A stretch of DNA of 64,000 nucleotides from Eledone cirrhosa. Lineage: Eukaryota. The stretch spans positions 41,726,001 to 41,790,000 of the forward strand of contig OZ024748.1 in assembly GCA_964016885.1 (NCBI GenBank). The letters are read 5' to 3'. Positions within the stretch are counted from its first letter, which is position 1. Each line of letters begins with the position of its first letter. Both the position numbers and the translations under genes were made by a program. Shown here piece by piece: positions 54,900-64,000 of the stretch. A model generated the notes under the pieces. That model saw nothing but the letters and a program-made list of their open reading frames with translations, was not told where the DNA came from and did no database searches.

Positions 54900-57350
54900 T
54901 AGACAGGTGGGGGGAATGTCAGGTGAACAGAGACAGACAGACAGACGTGAGAGACAGACCAGGACAATTATAGATAGGTGGGGCGAGTGTCAGGTGAGCA
55001 GAGACAGACAGACGTGAGAGAGACACTAGGACAAATATAGACAGGTGGAAGGAATGTCAGGTGAGCAGGGACAGACAGACATGAGAGACAGACTCGGACA
55101 ATTATAGACAGGTGGGGAGAATGTCAGGTGAGCAGAGACAGACAGACGTGAGAGAGACACTAGGACAAGTATAGACAGGTGAGAGAAATGTCAGGTGAGC
55201 AGAGACAGACAGACAGACGTGAGAGAGACACTAGGACAATTATAGACAGGTGGGGGGAATGTCAGTTGAACAGAGACAGACACACAGACGTGAAAGAGAC
55301 ACTCGGACAATTATAGACAGGTGGGGGGAATGTCAGGTGAGCAGAGACAGATAGACGTGAGAGAGAAGTTAGGACAATTATAGACAGGTGGGGGAATGTC
55401 AGGTGAGCAGAGACAGACAGACAGACGTGACATCGACACTAGGACAATTATAGACAGGTGGGAGGAATGTCAGGTGAGCAGAGACAGACAGACGTGAGGG
55501 AGACACTAGGACAATTATAGACAGCTGGGAGGAATGTCAGGTGAGCAGAGACAGACAGACAGACGTGAGAGAGACACTGGGACAATTATAGTCAGGTGGG
55601 GGGGATGTCAGGTGAGCAGAGACAGACAGACAGAGGTGAGAGACGGACCAGGACAATCATAGACAGGTGAGGGGGAACGTCAGGTGAGCAGAGACAGACA
55701 GACGTGAGAGAGACACTAGGACAATTATAGACAGGTGGGGGGAATGTCAGGTGAGCAGAGACAGACAGACGTGACAACGACACTAGGACAATTATAGACA
55801 GGTGGGGGGAATGTCAGGTGAGCAGAGACAGACAGACAGATGTGAGAGAGACACTAGGACAATTATAGACAGGTGGGGGTAATGTCAGGTGAGCAGAGAC
55901 AGACACACAGACGTGAGAGAGACACTAGGACAATTATAGACAGGTGGGGGGAATGTCAGGTGAGCAGAGACAGACAGACAGATGTGAGAGACAGACCAGG
56001 ACAATTATAGACAGGTGAGGGGGAATGTCAGGTGAGCAGAGACAGCCAGACGTGAGAGAGACACTAGGACAATTATAGACAGGTAGAGGGAATGTCAGGT
56101 GAGCAGAGACAGACAGACGTGAGAGAGACACTAGGACAATTATAGACAGGTGAGAGGGAATGTCAGGTGAGCAGAGACAGACAGACAGACGTGAGAGAGA
56201 CACTAGGACAATTATAGACAGGTGGGAGGAATGTCAGGTGAGCAGGACAGACAGACGTGAGAGAGACACTACGACAATTATAGAAAAGTGGGGGGAATGT
56301 CAGGTGAGCAGAGACAGACGGACAGATGTGAGAGACAGACCAGGACAATTATAGACAGGTGAGGGGCAATGTCAGGGGAGCAGAGACAGACAGACGTGAG
56401 AGAGACACTAGGACAATTATAGACAGGTGGGGGAATGTCAGGTGAGCAGAGACAGACAGACAGACGTGAGAGAGAAACTAGGATAATTATAGACAGGTGG
56501 GGGGAATGTCAGGTGAGCAGAGACAGACAGACAGACGTGAGAGAGACACTAGGACAATTATAGTCAGTGGAGGGAATGTCAGGTGAGCAGAGACACACAG
56601 ACAGACGTGAGAGACAGACCAGGTCAATTATAGACAGGTGAGGGGGAATATCAGATGAGCAGTGAGAGACAGACGTGAGAGAGACACTAGGACATTTATA
56701 GACAGGTTGAGGTAATGTCAGGTGAGCAGAGACAGACACTCAGACGTGAGAGAGACACTAGGACAATTATAGACAGGTAGAGGGAATGTCAGGTAAGCAG
56801 AGACAGACAGACGTGAGAGAGACACTAGGACAACTATAGACAGGTGGGAGAATGTCAGGTGAGCAGAGACAGACAGACAGACATGAGAGAGACACTAGGA
56901 CAACTATAGAGAGGTGGGAGAATGTCAGGTGAGCAGAGACAGACAGACAGACATGAGAGAGACACTAGGCCAATTATAGACAGGTGGGAGGAACGTCAGG
57001 TGAGCAGAGACAAACAGACAGACATGAGAGAGACACTAGGACAATAATAGACATGTGACGGGAATGTCAGGTGAACAGAGACAGACAGACGTGAGAGAGA
57101 CACTAGGACAATTATAGACAGGTGGGGGGAATGTCAGGTGAACAGAGACAGACAGACAGACGTGAGAGACAGACCAGGACAATTATAGATAGGTGGGGCG
57201 AATGTCAGGTGAGCAGAGACAGACAGACATGAGGGAGATACTAGGATAATTATAGACAGGTGAGGGGGATTGTCAGGTAAGCAAAGACGTACAGACGTGA
57301 GAGAGACACTAGGACAAATATAGACAGGTGGAAGGAATGTCAGGTGAGCA
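54900..57350 (+). repeat. Isolated copy of the central-zone HOR inside flank-type sequence
   Basis: ORFs 55592/55934/56509 match 40334/40676/41252 at offset 15258/15257. The block carries TAGAAAAGTG (56281) and CGTAC (57288). Confidence 0.85.
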
Positions 57351-60300
57351 GGGACAGACAGACGTGAGAGACAGACTAGGACAATTATAGACAGGTGGGG
57401 AGAATGTCAGGTGAGCAGAGACAGACAGACGTGAGAGAGACACTAGGACAATTATAGACGGGTGAGGGGGAATGTCAGGTGAGCAGAGACAGACAGACGT
57501 GAGAGAGACACTAGGACAATTATAGACAGGTGCGAGAAATGTCAGGTGAGCAGAGACAGACAGACAGACGTGAGAGAGACACTAGGACAATTATACACAG
57601 GTAGAGGGAATGTCAGGTAAGCAGAGACAGACAGACGTGAGAGAGACACTAGGACAATAATAGACAGGTGAGGGGGTAAGTCAGGTGAGCAGAGACAGAC
57701 AGACAGACGTGAGAGAGACACTAAGACAATTATAGACAGGTGAGAGGGAATGTCAGGTGAGCAGAGACAGACAGCCAGACGTGAGAGAGTCACTAGGACA
57801 ATGAGAAACAGGTAGAGGGAATGTCAGGTGAGCAGAGACAGACAGACAGACAGACAGACAGACGTGAGAGACACTAGGAGAATTAAAGACAAGTGGGGGG
57901 AATGTCAGGTGAGCAAAGACAGACAGACGTGAGAGACAGACTAGGACAATTATAGACAAGTGGGAAGAATGTCAGGTGAGCAGAGACAGACAGACATGAG
58001 GGAGACACTAGGACAATTATAGACAGCTGACGGGGAATCTCAGGTGAGCAGAGACAGACAGACGTGAGAGAGACACTAGGACAATTATAAACAGGTGGGT
58101 GGAATGTCAGGTGAACAGAGACAGACAGACAGACGTGAGAGAGACACTAGGACAATTATAGACAGGTGGGGGGAATGTCAGGTGAAGTGAGACAGACAGA
58201 CAGACATGAGAGACACTAGGACAATTATAGACAGGTGGGGAGAATGTCAGGTGAGCAGAGACAGACAGACATGAGGGAGATACTAGGATAATTATAGACA
58301 GGTGAAGGGGATTGTCACGTAAGCAGAGACAGACAGACGTGAGAGAGACACTAGGACAAATATAGACAGGTGGAAGGAATGTCAGGTGAGCAGGGACAGA
58401 CAGACGTGAGAGACAGACTAGGACAATTATAGACAGGTGGGGAGAATGTCAGGTGAGCAGAGACAGACAGACGTGAGAGAGATACTAGGACAATTATAGA
58501 CAGGTGGGGTGAATCTCAGGTGAGCAGAAACAGACAGATAGACCTGAGAGAATCTAGGACAATTATAGGCAGGTGAGGGGAATGTCAGGTGTGCAGAGAC
58601 AGACAGACAGATGTGAGAGAGATACTAGGACAATTATAGAGAGGTGGGGAATGTCAGGTGTGCGAAGACAGACAGACAGACGTGAGAGAGAAACTAGGAT
58701 AATTATAGACAGGTGGGGGGAATGTCAGGTGAGCAGACACAGACAGACAGACGTGAGAGAGACACTAGGACAATTATAGTCAGTGGAGGGAATGTCAGGT
58801 GAGCAAAGACACACAGACAGACGTGAGAGACAGACCAGGACAATTATAGACAGGTGAGGGGGAATATCAGATGAGCAGAGACAGACAGACGTGAGAGAGA
58901 CACTAGGACAATTACAGACAGGTGAGGGGGAAAGACAGGTGAGCAGAGACAGACAGACAGACATGAGAGAGACACTAGGACAATTATAGACAGGTGAGAG
59001 GGAATGTCAGGTGAGCAGAGACAGACAGCCAGACGTGAGAGAGACACTAGGACAATTATAGACAGGTTGAGGTAATGTCAGGTGAGCAGAGACAGACAGA
59101 CGTGAGAGAGACACTAGGACAATTATAGACAGGTGGGGGGAATGTCAGGTGAAGTGAGACAGACAGACAGACATGAGAGACAGACCAGGACAATTATAGA
59201 CAGGTGGGGAGAATGTCAGGTGAGCAGAGACAGACAGACATGAGGGAGATACTAGGATAATTATAGACAGGTGAAGGGGATTGTCACGTAAGCAGAGACA
59301 GACAGACGTGAGAGAGACACTAGGACAAATATAGACAGGTGGAAGGAATGTCAGGTGAGCAGGGACAGACAGACGTGAGAGACAGACTAGGACAATTATA
59401 GACAGGTGGGGAGAATGTCAGGTGAGCAGAGACAGACAGACGTGAGAGAGACACTAGGACAATTATAGACGGGTGAGGGGGAATGTCAGGTGAGCAGAGA
59501 CAGACAGACGTGAGAGAGACACTAGGACAATTATAGACAGGTGAGGGGGAAAGTCAGGTGAGCAGAGACAGACAGACAGACGTGAGAGAGACACTAAGAC
59601 AATTATAGACAGGTGAGAGGGAATGTCAGGTGAGCAGAGACAGACAGCCAGACGTGAGAGAGTCACTAGGACAATGAGAAACAGGTAGAGGGAATGTCAG
59701 GTGAGCAGAGACAGACAGACAGACAGACGTGAGAGACACTAGGAGAATTAATGACAAGTGGGGGGAATGTCAGGTGAGCAGAGACAGACGGACGTGAGAG
59801 ACAGACTAGGACAATGATAGACAAGTGGGAAGAATGTCAGGTGAGCAGAGACAGACAGACATGAGGGAGACACTAGGACAATTATAGACAGGTGACGGGG
59901 AATCTCAGGTGAGCAGAGACAGACAGACGTGAGAGAGACACTAGGACAATTATAAACAGGTGGGTGGAATGTCAGGTGAACAGAGACAGACAGACAGACG
60001 TGAGAGACAGACCACGACAATTATAGAGAGCTGAGGGGGAATGTCAGGTGAGCAGAGACAGACAGACAGATGTGAGAGACACTAGGACAATTAAAGACAA
60101 GTGTGGGGAATGTCAGGTGAGCAGAGACAGACAGACGTGAGAGAGACACTAGGACAATTTTAGACAGGTGGGGGGAATGTACGTAAGCAGAGACAGACAG
60201 ACGTGAGAGACAGACTAGGACATTTATAGACAGGTGGGGAGAATGTCAGGTGAGCAGAGACAGACAGACATGAGGGAGACACTATGTGAGAGAGATACTA

Positions 60301-60800
60301 GGACAATTATAGAGAGGTGGGGAATGTCAGGTGTGCGAAGACAGACAGACAGACGTGAGAGAGACACTAGGACAATTATAGACAGGTGGGGGGAATGTCA
60401 GGTGAGCAGAAACAGACAGACGTGAGAGAGAAACTAGGATAATTATAGACAGGTGGGGGGAATGTCAGGTGAGCAGACACAGACAGACAGACGTGAGAGA
60501 GACACTAGGACAATTATAGTCAGTGGAGGGAATGTCAGGTGAGCAGAGACTCACAGACAGATGTGAGAGACAGACCAGGACAATTATAGACAGGTGAGGG
60601 GGAATATCAGATGAGCAGAGACAGACAGACGTGAGAGAGACACTAGGACAATTATAGACAGGTGAGGGGGAAAGACAGGTAAGCAGAGACAGACAGACAG
60701 ACATGAGAGAGACACTAGGACAATTATAGACAGGTGAGAGGGAATGTCAGGTGAGCAGAGACAGACAGCCAGACGTGAGAGAGACACTAGGACAATTATA
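57350..60800 (+). repeat. Diverged ~1.7-1.9 kb duplications in the right flank
   Basis: ACAATGAGAAAC at 57798/59671 (offset 1873); ORF pairs 58725/60465 and 58844/60584 (offset 1740). Confidence 0.8.
57837..57863 (+). repeat. Longest seen instance, (GACA)6GAC, of the (GACA)n microsatellite embedded in the monomer (usually n=2 or 3)
   Basis: Sequence at 57837 reads GACA x6 then GACGTG. Typical monomers have 2 units (67 bp) or 3 units (71 bp). Confidence 0.9.
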
Positions 60801-63800
60801 GACAGGTGAGGGGAATGTCAGGTGAGCAGAGACAGACAGACAGATGTGAGAGAGAGACAAGGACAATTATAGACAGGTGAGGGGGAATGTCAGGTGAGCA
60901 GAGACAGACATACATGAGAGAGACACTAGGACAATTATAGACAGGTGAGGGGGAATGTCAGGTGAGCAGAGACAGACAGACGTGAGAGAGACACTAGGAC
61001 AATTTTAGACAGGTGGGGGGAAAGTCAGGTGAGCAGAGACAGACAGACAGACAGACATGAGAGAGACACTAGGACAATTATAGACAGGTGAGAGGGAATC
61101 TCAGGTGAGCAGAGACAGACAGCCAGACGTGAGAGAGACACTAGGACAATTTTAGACAGGTAGAGGGAATGTCAGGTGAGCAGAGACAGACAGACGTGAG
61201 AGGGACAATAGGACAATTATAGACAGGTGGGAGGAATGTCAGGTGAGCAGAGACAGACAGACAGATGTGAGAGAGACACTAGGACAATTATAGACAGGTG
61301 GGGGAAATGTCAGGTGAGCAGAGACAGACAGACAGTGGTGAATCTCAGGTGAGCAGAGACACACAGACAGACGTGAGAGACAGACCAGGACAATTATAGA
61401 CAGGTGAGGGGGAATATCAGATGAGCAGAGACAGACAAACGTGAGAGTGACACTAGGACAATTATAGACAGGTTGAGGTAATGTCAGGTGAGCAGAGGCA
61501 GACACACAGACGTGAGAGAGACACTAGGGCAATTATAGACAGGTGGGGAGAATGTCAGGTGAGCAGAGACAGACAGACATGAGGGGGATACTAGGATAAT
61601 TATAGACAGGTGAGGGGGATTGTCACGTAAGCAGAGACAGACAGATGTGAGAGAGACACTAGGACAAATATAGACATATGGAAGGAATGTCAGGTGAGCA
61701 GGGACAGACAGACGTGAGAGAGACACTAGGACAATTTGAGACAGGTGGGGGGAATGTACGTGAGCAGAGACAGACAGACGTGAGAGACAGACTAGGACAT
61801 TTATAGACAGGTGGGGAGAATGTCAGGTGAGCAGAGACAGACAGACATGAGGGAGACACTAGGACAATTATAGACAGGTGACGGGGAATCTCAGGTGAGC
61901 AGAGACAGACAGACGTGAGAGAGACACTAGGACAATTATAGACGGGTGAGGGGGAATGTCAGGTGAGCAGAGACAGACAGACGTGAGAGAGACACTAGGA
62001 CAATTATAAACAGGTGGGGTGAATCTCAGGTGAGCAGAAACAGACAGACAGACCTGAGAGAATCTAGGACAATTATAGACAGGTGAGGGGAATGTCAGGT
62101 GTGCAGAGACAGACAGACAGATGTGAGAGAGACACTAGGACAATTATAGACAGGTGGGAGGAATATCAGGTGAGCAGAGACAGACAGACAGACGTGAGAG
62201 AGACACTAGGACAATTATAGACAGGTGTGGAATGTCAGGTGTGCGAAGACAGACAGACAGACGTGAGAGAGACACTAGAACAATTATAGACAGGTGGGGG
62301 GAATGTCAGGTGAGCAGAGACAGACAGACAGACGTGAGAGAGAAATTAGGATAATTATAGACAGGTGGGGGGAATGTCAGGTGAACAGACACAGACAGAC
62401 AGACGTGAGAGAGACACTAGGACAATTATAGACAGGTGGGGGGAATGTACGTGAGCAGAGACAGACAGACGTGAGAGACAGACTAGGGCATTTATAGTCA
62501 GGTGGGGAGAATGTCAGGTGAGCAGAGACAGACAGACATGAGGGAGACACTAGGACAATTATAGACAGGTGACGGGGAATCTCAGGTGAGCAGAGACAGA
62601 CAGACGTGAGAGAGACACTAGGACAATTATAGACGGGTGAGGGGGAATGTCAGGTGAGCAGACACAGACAGACGTGAGAGAGACACTAGGACAATTATAG
62701 ACAGGTGGGAGAAATGTCAGGTGAGCAGAGACAGACAGACAGACGTGAGAGAGACACTAGGACAATTATAGACAGGTAGAGGGAATGTCAGGTGAGCAGA
62801 GACAGACAGACGTGAGAGAGACACTAGGACAATTATAGACAGGTGAGAGGGAATGTCAGGTGAGCAGAGACAGACAGAGAGACGTGGGAGACACTAGGAC
62901 AATTAAAGACAAGTGGGGGGAAAGTCAGGTGAGCAGAGACAGACAGACGTGAGAGACAGACTAGGACAATTATAGACAGGTGGGGAGAATGTCAGGTGAG
63001 CAGAGACAGACAGACATGAGGGAGACACTAGGACAATTATAGACAGGTGACGGGGAATCTCAGGTGAGCAGAGACAGACAGACGTGAGAGAGACACTAGG
63101 ACCATTTTAGACAGGTGGGGGGAATGTCAGGTGAGCACAGTCAGACAGACGTGAGAGACAGACTAGGACATTTATAGACAGGTGGGGAGAATGTCAGGTG
63201 AGCAGAGACAGACAGACAGACGTGAGGGAGACACTAGGATAATTATAGACAGGTGAGGGGGAATGTCAGGTGATCAGACAGACACAGACAGATGTGAGAG
63301 AATCTAGGACAATTATAGACAGGTGAGGGGAATGTCAGGTGTGCAGAGACAGACAGACAGATGTGAGAGAGACACTAGGACAATTATAGACAGGTGGGAG
63401 GAATATCAGGTGAGCAGAGACAGACACACAGACGTGAGAGAGACACTAGGACAATTATAGACAGGTGGGGGGAATGTCAGGTGAGCAGAGACAGACAGAC
63501 ATGAGAGAGACACTAGGACAATTATAGACAGGTGGGGGAATGTCAGGTGAGCAGAGATAGACAGACAGACGTGAGAGAGAAACTAGGACAATTATAGACA
63601 GGTGGGGGAAATGTCAGGTGAACAGAGACAGACACACAGACGTGAGAGACAGACCAGGACAATTATAGACAGGTGAGGGGGAATGTCAGGTGAGCAGAGA
63701 CAGACAGACGTGAGAGAGACACTAGGACAATTATAGACAGGTGGGGGGAATGTCAGGTAAGCAGAGACAGACAGATGTGAGAGAGACACTAGGACAATTA

Positions 63801-64000
63801 TAGACAGGTGGGGGAAATGTCAGGTGAGCAGAGACAGACACACAGACGTGAGACAGACACTAGGACGATTATAGTCAGGTGGAGGGAATGTCAGGTGAGC
63901 AGTGGCAGACAGACAGACGTGAGAGAGACACTAGGCCAATTACAGACAGGTGGGGGGAATGTCAGGTGAACAGAGACAGACACACAGACGTGAGAGACAG

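Larger units (their letters stand above)
1..64000 (+). repeat. Tandem satellite/minisatellite array, 67/71-bp monomer, head-to-tail, running off both window ends
   Basis: GGACAATTATAGACAGGT...AATGTCAGGTGAGCAGAGAC recurs every ~66-72 bp from the first to the last line, always in the same orientation, with no non-repeat interruption seen. Confidence 0.99.

Noticed and set aside
107-63789. Over 100 short ORFs (60-129 aa), rich in S/L/V/C/P on - and R/D/Q/T on +
   Set aside because: They are translations of the repeat. Monomer lengths are mostly not multiples of 3, frames shift constantly, stops recur in the consensus, most starts are alternative codons and no domain is recognisable. They were useful only as duplication markers.
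1-64000. CRISPR array (period ~67-71 bp with constant and variable parts)
   Set aside because: The variable parts are point variants of one sequence, not unique spacers. There is no leader and no cas gene.
1-64000. Immunoglobulin class-switch region (G-rich, strand-skewed tandem repeat)
   Set aside because: The AGCT hotspot is rare (the consensus has GAGCA), the array is far longer than known switch regions, and no I-exon or constant exons are present.
1-64000. Transposon, tRNA/5S/snRNA or spliced-leader gene array
   Set aside because: No terminal repeats, target-site duplications, poly(A) tails, Pol III A/B boxes with T-run terminators, Sm site or foldable stems were seen in the monomer.
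1-64000. Purely artefactual sequence (concatemer or simulated repeat)
   Set aside because: Hierarchically shared variants, CpG-biased decay and stepwise allele series indicate real evolutionary history. Individual near-identical duplications still need read support.

Overview
The whole 64 kb window is one uninterrupted, head-to-tail tandem satellite/minisatellite array with no unique sequence, no inversion and no credible gene. The consensus monomer is 67 bp: ACTAGGACAATTATAGACAGGTGGGGGGAATGTCAGGTGAGCAGAGACAGACAGACGTGAGAGAGAC (exact copy at 52151-52217). A 71-bp form with one extra GACA is about as common, and G-tract variants add or remove 1 bp, so there are roughly 900-950 monomers (estimated from 64000/~69, not counted). 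The + strand is about 73% purine in the consensus. All ORFs in the track are repeat read-through. The informative structure is above the monomer level. Private variants show nested multi-kb duplications (offsets 1823, 2279, 2768, 3076, 4157, 5658, 6648 bp), a more homogeneous central higher-order-repeat zone (~17-50 kb) between more varied flanks that resemble each other, stepwise variant lineages, and microhomology-bounded deletions. The single consensus CpG has decayed to both TpG and CpA, which points to a CpG-methylating eukaryote. The monomer also carries two E-boxes (CAGGTG), Smad-type CAGAC boxes, a 5' splice-site match on + and a branch point/3' splice-site-like arrangement on -; function for any of these is speculative. 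I cannot name the satellite family or organism, and I found no evidence of a new protein-coding system. Coordinates were read by eye, so block edges are approximate to about one monomer.
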